Virus record (IMG/VR): IMGVR_UViG_3300029874_000006
Span: 10,779 to 74,778 of that record
Length of the DNA stretch: 64,000 bases
Strand: one strand, 5' to 3'
DNA from: a virus
Taxonomy: Duplodnaviria > Heunggongvirae > Uroviricota > Caudoviricetes
This document shows, in pieces, positions 33,088 through 42,680 of this stretch. A program made the position numbers and the translations under genes. The stretch's first letter is position 1, and each line of letters opens with the position of its first letter. The notes under the pieces were generated by a model. The model made no database searches. It was given only the letters and a program-made list of their open reading frames with translations, and had not been told where the DNA came from.

Positions 33088-33722
33088 ATACCTGTTTGTG
33101 CTGTATAAAAGTTAATACTTCCAGTTCCAACTATGTGAGCTTCTTCATCTACTTTATCTATATAGTACTCTACTTCACCCTCAAAATCCTCAATTATAGT
33201 AGCACACCAAGAATGCTCTTCTATCCAAGATTTCCAATCAGGGTTATATGCAAGTATCTCATCAAGTAGGAACACTCCTACAAGACCTGCACAGAATCCT
33301 CCTATAGCTTTACCTTCATCAGGAATAGGGAGTTCGTCATCTCCATATTCCTCATCTTCGAGGTTATCATTCAGAACTCGTAGAATGCTTTCTAGAAGTT
33401 CTTTTGGTTCCTCCTCTGTTTGATAAGTAGTACAACTCCAATCTCCATAAATAGTAGATTCAGAAATATAATTATGGATACCTAATACTTCCATATTCTC
33501 TCCAAAATCACATTTACCCCAATCGTCATATTTACGAGACTCACTGAAGTAATAATCTAGAGCAGCTTTGTAAGCTAACTCTTCTGGGGTAGAGTAATCC
33601 TTAAATGGTTTACTACTTATAGACGCCAGAAGTCCAAAATCCTCTTCATTAGGACACTTAATAGGATTCTCCTTAATTATATAACATGGGTCTGTAATTA
33701 CAATGGTTCCTTTAAAGTACAT
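33084..33722 (-). CDS. Hypothetical protein (212 aa)
   Basis: ORF. Confidence 0.4.
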   Translation of the reverse strand: MYFKGTIVITDPCYIIKENPIKCPNEEDFGLLASISSKPFKDYSTPEELAYKAALDYYFSESRKYDDWGKCDFGENMEVLGIHNYISESTIYGDWSCTTYQTEEEPKELLESILRVLNDNLEDEEYGDDELPIPDEGKAIGGFCAGLVGVFLLDEILAYNPDWKSWIEEHSWCATIIEDFEGEVEYYIDKVDEEAHIVGTGSINFYTAQTGI

Positions 33723-33877
33723 TAGTCTGCAAAATTTAGAGTTGCCCCTACTTGAGCATTATTTAATGTATCTAAATCATATTTATCAAATCTACCTATG
33801 GATTTGCCTTTATAAATTACCTCGTAGTGTCCTTTACCTATCAGTTTTATTTTCATATATAAGATTATTAATAAAAT

Positions 33878-35101
33878 TTACTCCAAATCGAAGCGGAAGA
33901 TTCTCAATTTTGGCTGCGTCGGGATATTATCATCTGAATAGTTAAAGAAAGTACATTCAGCTTTATGCCCTTTGTACTTAGTTTCAAAGTTCTCAACATA
34001 TTCAGCCTTAATTTCCCTATTACCTACTGGCATAGCTTCAAAAGTACGTCCATCTTCTAATTCGCAAGTAAATGTCATATCTTCAGAACCTCTAAGTCCC
34101 AATTTATATCCAATTACTTTAAAATCCTCAGACTTATATTGTTTAATCTTTATAAGATTATTACAACGAGAACCTACTTTATAAGGCTTGGAAGGGTCTG
34201 TAATTACAGCCCCTTCAAATCCTGCAGAAACCCATTCATCGTGAAGTTTCTTCATATTATCCCAACCAGATACATATTCATGTCCCAAGAGTCTGATTGG
34301 TGCTTCTGATTCATCCTCACTACTTCTATAAATAGGGAAATTATGAGCCTCTGCAAATTTATCTTCTAAGAACTTATAACGTTCTGAAGCTATCATGTCA
34401 ATATCTGCAGAGTTATAACAATCATATACCCAATACTGCAACCAATCACAATCATAAGCATTCTTCTCCATTCTAGCAGCTCCTGAAAGTTGCTGAAGAG
34501 TCTTACCTCTTACGAACAACTCACCATCAAGAATAACAGTAGGATTTTCTTTGAAGAAAGCGAGCAAAGAAGGGTTAGTACGCAAGTGAACTGTACTATA
34601 GTCGTAATGTTCACCACCACGGCTAGCTGTATGAATTTCTTTACCATCCCAGTAGAATAATGCCTTTACACCATCGAGTTTTCTACTAATTAGCCATTCT
34701 TTATTAAATATCTTAGGATTTGTAACCTTATCAGCTTGTTTAGCTAATTGAGGTTTAATCACACCATACTGATTGGTCTTAACATCTCCAAATATACTAA
34801 GGAGTTCATCATCAGTATATTCATTAGGATGTTTGTTAATTTCCTTATAGCCTTTATCTAAATATTTCTTAACTTCGGAGTTAAATTGTAAAGTATATTG
34901 TTCTTGCCAATTTCTCTTCTGTTTAGTTCTATCTACAATAATTTGAGGTGAGAGGGTTGTTTTTCCCCTCACCTGACCATAACTACGTTGAATTATATAA
35001 CCAGCTCGTCCATCGCCAATTGAATGCCATTCTTCATCACATTCTACAACTGCAAAACGAAACTTACCAGTACTAGCGCGTCCTAAAAGATATTTAATCA
35101 T
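33878..35101 (-). CDS. ATP-dependent DNA ligase
   Basis: Motif I KLDGVK; III ILDGELF; IV EGAVITD; V LIKIK. Confidence 0.85.
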   Translation of the reverse strand: MIKYLLGRASTGKFRFAVVECDEEWHSIGDGRAGYIIQRSYGQVRGKTTLSPQIIVDRTKQKRNWQEQYTLQFNSEVKKYLDKGYKEINKHPNEYTDDELLSIFGDVKTNQYGVIKPQLAKQADKVTNPKIFNKEWLISRKLDGVKALFYWDGKEIHTASRGGEHYDYSTVHLRTNPSLLAFFKENPTVILDGELFVRGKTLQQLSGAARMEKNAYDCDWLQYWVYDCYNSADIDMIASERYKFLEDKFAEAHNFPIYRSSEDESEAPIRLLGHEYVSGWDNMKKLHDEWVSAGFEGAVITDPSKPYKVGSRCNNLIKIKQYKSEDFKVIGYKLGLRGSEDMTFTCELEDGRTFEAMPVGNREIKAEYVENFETKYKGHKAECTFFNYSDDNIPTQPKLRIFRFDLE

Positions 35102-35415
35102 TACTTACGAAACTTTTTAACAATGTTCCAAAGGTCATCTACTGTTTCTGTTGGAATTTCTGAACCATCTTCATTATAGGCTTTATTTACTTCATCACCT
35201 TCAAACAAAGCAGGTCTTTCATATATCCACCAGTTAATCCAATCTACTCCATCTTCATCGAATGTAATATCCCAAATTGATTCGGCAAGATCAGCTACAG
35301 TATCTCCTATAGGAAGTTCCCACAGATTAATACCAAAATCATCCCATCTATCGTATTCTTTATTCAATTTCAATGTGTCTTCAATAACCTTTGTGAATTG
35401 TTCCTTAGTAATCAT
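35101..35415 (-). CDS. Hypothetical protein (104 aa)
   Basis: ORF. Confidence 0.35.
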   Translation of the reverse strand: MITKEQFTKVIEDTLKLNKEYDRWDDFGINLWELPIGDTVADLAESIWDITFDEDGVDWINWWIYERPALFEGDEVNKAYNEDGSEIPTETVDDLWNIVKKFRK

Positions 35416-35469
35416 ATTAATTAATATTAAATATTAAGTATTTATCTAATTAATCTAATAAATCTAATA

Positions 35470-35970
35470 TCAATTACGAACTCCAGTGTGCCCATAACCA
35501 CCTTCTCCACGTTCCGTTTTATCGAGTTCATCAACTAATGTAAATTCAGCTTGTTCACATTTATAAATAATACCTTGCCCGATTTTATCCCCCTGCTGTA
35601 CTGTAAATGGTTCAAATCCGTTATTCTGTACAATAAGACCAATGTCTCCACGATAATCAGCATCTATAACTCCGAAAGAATTAGCCATAGTCACTCCTTT
35701 CTTGAGACCAAGACCACTTCTAGTTACAACAGCTAACATATATCCTTTTGGAATAGCCATGTGCAAACCAGTTGGAATTAAAGCACGACCACCTGGATAA
35801 ATTGTAATCTCAACAATCTTTCCATTTATATTTCGTGAAAGAGAACAATTCCAAGTAAGCTTTTCCTTTACTTCAGTTACATTGGCACAAAAATCAAATC
35901 CAGCAGAGCCAGATGTTGCATATTCAGGGAGAGCATTGTTAGACTTATTAATTACAGGTACTTTCAACAT
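35470..35970 (-). CDS. dut: dUTP diphosphatase (trimeric dUTPase)
   Basis: AGFDF, RSGLG, GVIDADYRGDI, RGEGGYGHTG. Confidence 0.9.
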   Translation of the reverse strand: MLKVPVINKSNNALPEYATSGSAGFDFCANVTEVKEKLTWNCSLSRNINGKIVEITIYPGGRALIPTGLHMAIPKGYMLAVVTRSGLGLKKGVTMANSFGVIDADYRGDIGLIVQNNGFEPFTVQQGDKIGQGIIYKCEQAEFTLVDELDKTERGEGGYGHTGVRN

Positions 35971-36238
35971 TACAATAACGATTTAAAATTTCAGAAATAT
36001 TATCTAAAGTGCATTCATTTGATTCACTATAAAAAGGAATCTCATGATTATTATCTTTAAATAAAGCAAATGGAGTTAATCTAGCACTATAACCACCTTT
36101 TAATCGGTATGCTTTCTTTTTCTCTAGATAATGAGACTCATTATAAGTTTTTATAGTGACACTATAAATAGTAGCTAAGTCCTCCAATTGTTTTTTAAAA
36201 TCTAAAATATCATTATTATAAGCTAATTCTAAAGTCAT
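35948..36238 (-). CDS. Hypothetical protein (96 aa)
   Basis: ORF. Confidence 0.35.
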   Translation of the reverse strand: MTLELAYNNDILDFKKQLEDLATIYSVTIKTYNESHYLEKKKAYRLKGGYSARLTPFALFKDNNHEIPFYSESNECTLDNISEILNRYCNVESTCN

Positions 36239-36714
36239 TAATTACTTTTATGCCAAAAATAACTAGTTATATCTTTAGTTATTGATCTTCCACAAGTATT
36301 ATCAATTTCCAACATTACTTGATTTGTATTAGGATTATCTAATCCTCCTCTTTCTTCTATATAAGGACCTAATTTCACATAATCAAAATACTGTAAATCA
36401 ATTTCTGGAGCTAAATGATTTCTACCACTATACCAACCAACTTTTAAGTTATACTCTGTTTTAATATATTGTGCAAGAGCATTAACACTTTTTGGCTCTA
36501 TGTCTCCACCCATAAACCCTACACAAGTAATACCTTTATTTTCTGTAATTAACTTATGTAAAGTTAATTCTCCTAAAGGTTCTCCTATGTCCTCAGCAAG
36601 ATAAGATGAATGGCAACCAGGACAACGGCAAGGACATTGACTAATATTGATACACAAACTAATTTCGTTAGGAAACTCTGAGAAAGTAACCATCGAATTG
36701 ACATATTTAATCAT
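36238..36714 (-). CDS. nrdG: Anaerobic ribonucleotide reductase activating protein (radical-SAM, NrdG-like)
   Basis: Cys cluster QCPCRCPGCHS, then VGFMGGD; small T4-NrdG-like size. Confidence 0.65.
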   Translation of the reverse strand: MIKYVNSMVTFSEFPNEISLCINISQCPCRCPGCHSSYLAEDIGEPLGELTLHKLITENKGITCVGFMGGDIEPKSVNALAQYIKTEYNLKVGWYSGRNHLAPEIDLQYFDYVKLGPYIEERGGLDNPNTNQVMLEIDNTCGRSITKDITSYFWHKSN

Positions 36715-36952
36715 TTAAATAATCATTACATTCTTCCCAGAGTTCATCTATTCCGTCTCCCCATTCTACATCTCCATGTTCTACTCCTAATGTATCTAAA
36801 TATCTCAGAACAAGAGTATTTATATGCTCATAAATGAACATTCGTAAATCTTCATCAGACATTGAAGCACATTTAGAATCTAAAGACCTTACAAAGTCAA
36901 TAAGTTCTCTAGCTTCTATTTCTTCATAAACATTAAGATTTATATATGCCAT
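36707..36952 (-). CDS. Hypothetical protein (81 aa)
   Basis: ORF. Confidence 0.35.
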   Translation of the reverse strand: MAYINLNVYEEIEARELIDFVRSLDSKCASMSDEDLRMFIYEHINTLVLRYLDTLGVEHGDVEWGDGIDELWEECNDYLND

Positions 36953-37641
36953 TCTTCAATTTTATTGGTTTCTGTGTTTAGCACAAATGGTTTACAGCAA
37001 TCTAACATAGCATACTTATCTGTAATTAAAGGTTTAGTTCTTCCTCCCCAAGAGTGTCCAAATATTTGATAATAACCTTTATATGGAGTTTGCAGTTGAA
37101 AATCTTCTAAATCATTCCAGACACAAGAGCCATATTTATTATATCCTCCTCTAGAATAAGGGATATGATCAAGAGCACTAAGATTAGTTATATCTATACT
37201 ATCTAAGTCTTTTAATTCTAGATTATTATAATCTAACCAGTCTTTAGTAATGCCTGCATGAGAGAATAAGTATTTATGAGGCTCTTTAAGAGTTAAATCT
37301 TCATATATGTAATATAATTGAGGATTTAAACTACTAATTAGCTCCTTTACTTCTTTTTGTTGCCAGTAATCAAATCTGCATTTACCATTTCCATTGAAAT
37401 AAACTAAATCGTGATTACCTAATAGGCATATAACATCAGAAATCTTACGTCTATTCTCTACAAAAGCAACTAATTCTTTAAGATTAGTTAAAGATTCTAC
37501 TTTATCAGGCTCTTCTACTATATATTCTCCGTAAGGGTCGTGATAATCTCCTAAGAATATAATTTTACCTTCCCAATTATTGCATGGTTCTTTCCAAAAA
37601 CCACGACCATGCACATCAGGCACAATTAATATTTTAGTCAC
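36940..37641 (-). CDS. Calcineurin-like metallophosphoesterase (Ser/Thr phosphatase-like)
   Basis: PDVHGR, GDYHD, GNHD, GHS. Confidence 0.7.
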   Translation of the reverse strand: MTKILIVPDVHGRGFWKEPCNNWEGKIIFLGDYHDPYGEYIVEEPDKVESLTNLKELVAFVENRRKISDVICLLGNHDLVYFNGNGKCRFDYWQQKEVKELISSLNPQLYYIYEDLTLKEPHKYLFSHAGITKDWLDYNNLELKDLDSIDITNLSALDHIPYSRGGYNKYGSCVWNDLEDFQLQTPYKGYYQIFGHSWGGRTKPLITDKYAMLDCCKPFVLNTETNKIEEWHI

Positions 37642-37648
37642 TCAAATA

Positions 37649-37921
37649 TCACTTTTTAAATTTTTCTAAGAACTCATCTTCGGTAACTAACTCTGTAATA
37701 TCTTCAGCATCTATATCACCATTAGAATAATTATAAGGAGAAGCTTCTTTAATTAATTCCTCTATGTAATTTTCTATATTGTCTTGAATGCCTTCAATAA
37801 TCTCGTCTATGCTATCGTCTTCAGTTCCTATATAGGTGCGATATACGTAAAGTAAAGCTGAATAAAGGGTATATTCATCAACAAATACTTGTCGAATTTC
37901 ACGCCATGTTAAGTTTATCAT
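37649..37921 (-). CDS. Hypothetical protein (90 aa)
   Basis: ORF. Confidence 0.35.
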   Translation of the reverse strand: MINLTWREIRQVFVDEYTLYSALLYVYRTYIGTEDDSIDEIIEGIQDNIENYIEELIKEASPYNYSNGDIDAEDITELVTEDEFLEKFKK

Positions 37922-38014
37922 TTTTGAAGTTCTTTTAAACGTTTAGTATAGTAATCTACTAATTTATCTCCTGCTACTTCTTTTATTTGTTCAGCAATAT
38001 CTTCAGAATACATA

Positions 38015-38329
38015 TTAATATGGTTCGAATTGTTGTTTTACTAACTTACCTTCTTTATATTCAAATGTGCGTTCGCCTCTTACTGAATCATCAGGCTCAT
38101 ATCCTTCATAATAGTATTTACCGTCTTTGAAAAATATTTCATCTTCTACGATGGTACAATTATAAGGAAGCCAATCTGCGTCTAGATTTTTTTCAAAAGG
38201 TATGTAAACATCATATATTGATACAGCTTCTTTAGTAGTATAATAAATATCATCATACTCTTCAAAAGCTTTCAAATTATAAGATATTTCAGTAATAGCC
38301 TCACCATCAAATTTTCCGTATAACTTCAT
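38015..38329 (-). CDS. Hypothetical protein (104 aa)
   Basis: ORF. Confidence 0.35.
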   Translation of the reverse strand: MKLYGKFDGEAITEISYNLKAFEEYDDIYYTTKEAVSIYDVYIPFEKNLDADWLPYNCTIVEDEIFFKDGKYYYEGYEPDDSVRGERTFEYKEGKLVKQQFEPY

Positions 38330-38769
38330 TACAGTAAAGATTTAAATATTTTGACAATAGTACCTTTCTGAGCAGTAGGAAATTTACGTTGAATATGTGT
38401 AATAACCATTTTAGTATCCTTAATAGTCAGAGTCATTATTTTCATTAACTCGGAAATAAATTCTCTAATTTCTTGTTCTGAAGGTTCTACAGGCATTATT
38501 CCTCGAATATAACCAATTTCTTTAACCTCCTTAAGTGCCAAATCTTTACGACCCGCCTTCTCATAAATAGCCATAGCTTTTTCACGCTCTTTAACCATCT
38601 TATGTAAAACATCTAGTTCAGAAACTGGTTTCTCGGAATGCTGATTATTAATCAACGCAGCTTTAATTAATTTAGCTGTTTCTAACATAAGGGTATTAGA
38701 AGTTTTTCTAGCACCTTCAATCAAGATATCAACTGTCTGTTCTATTGTTATTTTATTATCGTTCATCAT
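38329..38769 (-). CDS. GatB/YqeY-domain protein
   Basis: YEKAGRKDLALKEVKEI...GIMP...KGTIVKIFKSLL follows the YqeY pattern. Confidence 0.5.
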   Translation of the reverse strand: MMNDNKITIEQTVDILIEGARKTSNTLMLETAKLIKAALINNQHSEKPVSELDVLHKMVKEREKAMAIYEKAGRKDLALKEVKEIGYIRGIMPVEPSEQEIREFISELMKIMTLTIKDTKMVITHIQRKFPTAQKGTIVKIFKSLL

Positions 38770-38931
38770 TAATTGTAATATTAGGGTTAATCATATAATC
38801 TATTTCATCTAAATTAAAGTCCATTGACTCTAACCAGTCATCTATAGCAGCATCATTCATATTTGGACAGGGAAGTTTATAAATCCATACAGACCCATCA
38901 TAATAATCTAGCACAATTATTTCTTCCATAA

Positions 38932-39153
38932 TTATTCTAAATGAGAGTCATAATCGTAATCTATCATAGCAGTTAAATAATTAATAGCTGCTAATTCTCC
39001 ACTATGTAGACTAATCTGTTTATCGTTAATTGTTATATCCCAGCCATCTCCATTGATCCATTCTGTTACTACTATATAATCAGAATCTTTGCCATATGTG
39101 AAATTGCGTAGAGAACAATTAACTGATTTAAGCTGTTTTCTTTCTACACTCAT
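38932..39153 (-). CDS. Hypothetical protein (73 aa)
   Basis: ORF. Confidence 0.3.
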   Translation of the reverse strand: MSVERKQLKSVNCSLRNFTYGKDSDYIVVTEWINGDGWDITINDKQISLHSGELAAINYLTAMIDYDYDSHLE

Positions 39154-39196
39154 AGATAGAAAAAGGAGACCTAGTTACCTAAGTCTCCTTAACCAT

Positions 39197-39427
39197 TTAT
39201 AAATTGTTTTCTAAATAATCTAAAATATTTTGATGGGTAGAATCATCTATTTGCATACCAACCTCACCTACCAAATTACATACACAAGATTCTAGATATT
39301 CAAGTCCTTTGTCGGTTTCTAAATAGTCTAAAATCTCATCTATGTTTTTAGTGTAAAATTCTTGATGGATAAAGTCTCTTAGAGCTTCTTCATCAAGTGT
39401 TTCTTCTTTAACTAATGTTATTTCCAT
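39197..39427 (-). CDS. Hypothetical protein (76 aa)
   Basis: ORF. Confidence 0.3.
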   Translation of the reverse strand: MEITLVKEETLDEEALRDFIHQEFYTKNIDEILDYLETDKGLEYLESCVCNLVGEVGMQIDDSTHQNILDYLENNL

Positions 39428-39681
39428 TATTTACTAAGTAATTCCTTTATCTTACTAGCTGGAACTGCTCCGGACAATCTGCCTACTTCCATTCCATCTA
39501 CTAAATAGATAAGAGTAGGCATATTTCTAATCTGATACTTTAGTGTTTTCTGTTCTTCAATTTCACAATCTACTATTGTTAACTTAACATCAGGAAAGTC
39601 TTTAAGTACATTATCCAATGTAGGTTTGAGGGCCTTACACTGACCACACCACTCTGCTTCAAACTTTAATAACTCTTTCAT
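39427..39681 (-). CDS. trx: Thioredoxin
   Basis: Active site WCGQC; 84 aa. Confidence 0.85.
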   Translation of the reverse strand: MKELLKFEAEWCGQCKALKPTLDNVLKDFPDVKLTIVDCEIEEQKTLKYQIRNMPTLIYLVDGMEVGRLSGAVPASKIKELLSK

Positions 39682-39702
39682 TAAAAATCAATTTCTGTTA
39701 TA

Positions 39703-39969
39703 TTAATAATTTATTTCAGTAATACTGCCACAATATTCAACTCTAAAATCATCTACTTTCACATCTTCTTCATCCCAAAGCCATTCTTTTTGTTCCTTTA
39801 AAGACAAAGATTTAAATTTCTCAAAATCCTCATCATTTAACTCCATTTCTAAATGACCCATTCGTAAATAACCTTGAACATAATCAAGGTCTCCAAAAAT
39901 TGTATGCATATTAAAGATTTGGTTTATATGTAAAGCTTCTATCTCCACTCTTATACTTACGTATTGCAA
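39703..39969 (-). CDS. Hypothetical protein (88 aa)
   Basis: ORF. Confidence 0.35.
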   Translation of the reverse strand: MQYVSIRVEIEALHINQIFNMHTIFGDLDYVQGYLRMGHLEMELNDEDFEKFKSLSLKEQKEWLWDEEDVKVDDFRVEYCGSITEINY

Positions 39970-40017
39970 ATTCTAGCTGTCTAGGATTACTCCAATTGTC
40001 TACACACACTAAATCCT

Positions 40018-40788
40018 TTATACCCTCTCTTTCGAGATATTTAGTTTATTAATAACATAATCTTTTATTTCAGCTTTTCGTTCATCTGAAATTTTATCAA
40101 TATAAGATTTATATACTGAATCATTAGCTTCATTTCTATACGATTTTAACATATATATTTCACAAAGATACCTTTGATATACTGCTTCTTCTTTTAATGT
40201 ATATTCTTTCATATAATATCTTTGTTTCATATAAGTAAAATCAGTCTTCCATTTGTTACTTTTTTTACAAAAGGAAACTCCTCGTATTCCGGAAGTATTA
40301 GTAGATTTCTTTTGCAGATTTAACATATTTTCTTGTACAGTTACTTCTCTAAGATTAGATTTCCTATTGTCACGAGTGTCACCACTTATATGATCCACTT
40401 GTTTATCAGTAGGCAATACCAGTCTATGAAAGTATATACGCTCTTTTTTCTAATTTCCTGTAAATAAATATGGTTTATCATTTTTATAAACAGTTCTCCA
40501 TTTATGACCCTTTAATTTCGAAATGTCATTTACATCTAGAATAAATGTTTCCATAACATTTCCATAAGAATCATAAGTATCTATTTCTGCAAAATTATCT
40601 TTTAATCTAATTTCATTATCATCAAATACACCTCTTGGATTAGAGTCTTTAAATTCTCCATAATTTTTAAACTGCCTTGCGTGTTTAAGACAGAGTGTTT
40701 TTCCAGCTAAGTTATTAAAACTCACTTGTTTAAATTTTGATGATACACCACATACTTCACAAAAGCGTTCTTCAGTTATTTTTCTCAT
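40018..40788 (-). CDS. HNH-AP2 homing endonuclease paralog carrying one in-frame TAG (recoded Gln, or a nonsense pseudogene)
   Basis: ORF-track pieces 40450..40788 and 40018..40416 are in the same frame, separated only by TAG (at 40450-40452 on the + strand). Across the TAG, ...KPYLFTGN-TAG-KKERIYFHRLVL...VDHISGDTRDNRKSNLREVTVQENMLN aligns with the intact paralog ...KKYFVHRFLMG...VDHINGDSLDNRKSNLRICTQQEN. Confidence 0.55.
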
Positions 40789-41075
40789 ATTGTCAAAATT
40801 GTGTTAATAATAAGGGAGTGGACTATACCATCAACCGATTAGGTTGCGCATTGGTAGTCTCTGAGACCCATAAATTTTTATCTATGTCAAGTATGTACAC
40901 GACTTGTATATACCACAATAGTATTAACATAAATTAACAATTTATATGTCTGCTGATTGCCCAATCCTAAGACTTGTTCATTTTTGAATTAAATTCAAAT
41001 ATACTTAGGCTCTAAGGGGTTTCCAGCATATTCTGCGTTTTCATCATAACATTACTGTTATAAGGGGCGTTTATT

Positions 41076-41486
41076 TCACCCAATAATTCTAGTATAATAT
41101 TTGATGTGTCTACAATGACAAATAGGACACTCATCAATAGGGGCATTTACTACATGTCCGCATTCTCTACATTGAGACATTGGGATATTAAATGTGAAAT
41201 AACTAGTACCCTCATCCTTAGCTACATCTAACAGATGTAAATACTGTTGTTTACTTAAATGAGCATCAAGATTTGCATGAAGTGCCTGACCTCCATCACA
41301 ATACTGAGCTACTCCTCTACCATGAAGCTTAAATTTATCAAGAATAGAGGTCTCATCCCATGGATTATAGAAATAACAATTATACAGATTCTGATTTTCA
41401 GGTACTGCATAACCATCCTTCTTATCCCAATTATAGAGTTTTACACCTAATCCTTCCCCCGATTCTATTACACCCCTTCTAAAGAA
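41076..41486 (-). CDS. nrdD: nrdD 3' exon: C-terminal zinc-ribbon and glycyl-radical region of anaerobic RNR (no start codon)
   Basis: Frame open from just after the HNH gene: ...GGQALHANLDAHL...DEGTSYFTFNIPMSQCRECGH...CPICHC...KYYTRIIG then TGA. No ATG until deep inside. Exon boundary approximate. Confidence 0.6.
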   Translation of the reverse strand, partial: FFRRGVIESGEGLGVKLYNWDKKDGYAVPENQNLYNCYFYNPWDETSILDKFKLHGRGVAQYCDGGQALHANLDAHLSKQQYLHLLDVAKDEGTSYFTFNIPMSQCRECGHVVNAPIDECPICHCRHIKYYTRIIG

Positions 41487-42442
41487 TTAATATATTTATG
41501 TAATTCTTTAATCGGTGAAGGGTGATTTAATACATAATACAGGTCTTTATTTGGACCGTATTCACCACAAAGTTCTTGCTCTTTTTTAAGCCTAGCAAGT
41601 AAGGCTTCTTCAGCTGTGTTATAATATCCCAAATAGATAGTTTTGTAATTATGACAAATTCGTGCAGTCCATTTAGATTTATCAGTTCCATTATAGTTTT
41701 TAATAAAGGAAATTCCAACAATTCTATTAGTTTTTCTTCCATTTTTAGAATTTTCTTGTTGGGTACAGATTCTAAGATTAGATTTTCTATTATCTAGGGA
41801 ATCGCCATTTATATGGTCTACAACTTCGTTAATAGAATATTTACTATCTTTTAATCCCATTAAAAATCTATGTACAAAATATTTTTTACCAGTACCCTTT
41901 TCTGAAACTAAAGCATACCATTTGTCTGTTTGATGACGTGCATAAAGTTTAAAGTCTTTTAGTTTGTCATAATCTTCCTTATCTATTTTAGTTCTAGCTA
42001 CTTCATTAGAGTTTTTGTCTTTTAGTATACATTCATAATAATCACCACAATCAATCCATTCATTCTCCTCATATATAGTATTAAATGTTTCTCCGTGTCG
42101 AGTTATTTGTAAATAATGTCTTCTACAATAAGGTTTTCCCTCAAATGAAGCCATTTTTAAATCGCCACATACGCAACATTTAAGTTCATCTTCGGATTTT
42201 TTTCTTTGTCTAGGAGTAGAATCAGTAATTTTATGATATTTATCTAATTGATTGTAATGCTTTTCACATAAACAATACTCATTATACCTTCTTAGTTTTA
42301 CATAATCACGCCCACAGCCACAAACATAACATTTAGCATCTTTAGGCATAACTATTCTTTTTAATTTTTGTTTTTCAAGATTTTCTAATTCAGGAAATTC
42401 GCTCATAATTATTTTAAATTGATTATATGCAATTATAAGCAT
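41468..42442 (-). CDS. HNH-AP2 homing endonuclease (intron-encoded)
   Basis: N-terminal CxxC repeats; HNH VDHINGDSLDNRKSNLRICTQQENSKN; AP2-like VGISFIK...WTARICHNYKTIYLGYYNTAEEA. Confidence 0.8.
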   Translation of the reverse strand: MLIIAYNQFKIIMSEFPELENLEKQKLKRIVMPKDAKCYVCGCGRDYVKLRRYNEYCLCEKHYNQLDKYHKITDSTPRQRKKSEDELKCCVCGDLKMASFEGKPYCRRHYLQITRHGETFNTIYEENEWIDCGDYYECILKDKNSNEVARTKIDKEDYDKLKDFKLYARHQTDKWYALVSEKGTGKKYFVHRFLMGLKDSKYSINEVVDHINGDSLDNRKSNLRICTQQENSKNGRKTNRIVGISFIKNYNGTDKSKWTARICHNYKTIYLGYYNTAEEALLARLKKEQELCGEYGPNKDLYYVLNHPSPIKELHKYINSLEGV

Positions 42443-42680
42443 TCCAAAATTAAAACAAAATTTACACTTTGTGATTTTGTATTAAACGAATTGATATTTC
42501 TATCAATTTCTTAATGTTACCATTAAGTCTCGACTATTGCATATTTAGTACTATGTACTAAATCCTCTTTACTTAGTCTGTCACGCTGCACACAGTATTA
42601 ATCAATACCATTGCTTGCGCCTCGTTGTCCTATATATAGGTGAATATAGGAGTTTCGAGTCAATCAAAAGAGGTTTTACA
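41468..42680 (-). mobile_element. Putative group I intron (ORF in the 3' peripheral region) interrupting nrdD
   Basis: ~230-nt ORF-free segment just 3' of the nrdD exon-1 stop holds P7-like elements ACAGACUAAG (R-like) and AAUAGUCGAG (S-like) on the minus strand (+ coordinates ~42574-42582 and ~42531-42540), then the HNH ORF, then the nrdD continuation with no start codon. Same arrangement as T4 nrdD/sunY with I-TevII. Confidence 0.5.

Noticed and set aside
41527-41742. Minus-strand ORF nested in the HNH endonuclease gene
   Set aside because: Alternative frame of a gene with strong motif support; no independent evidence.
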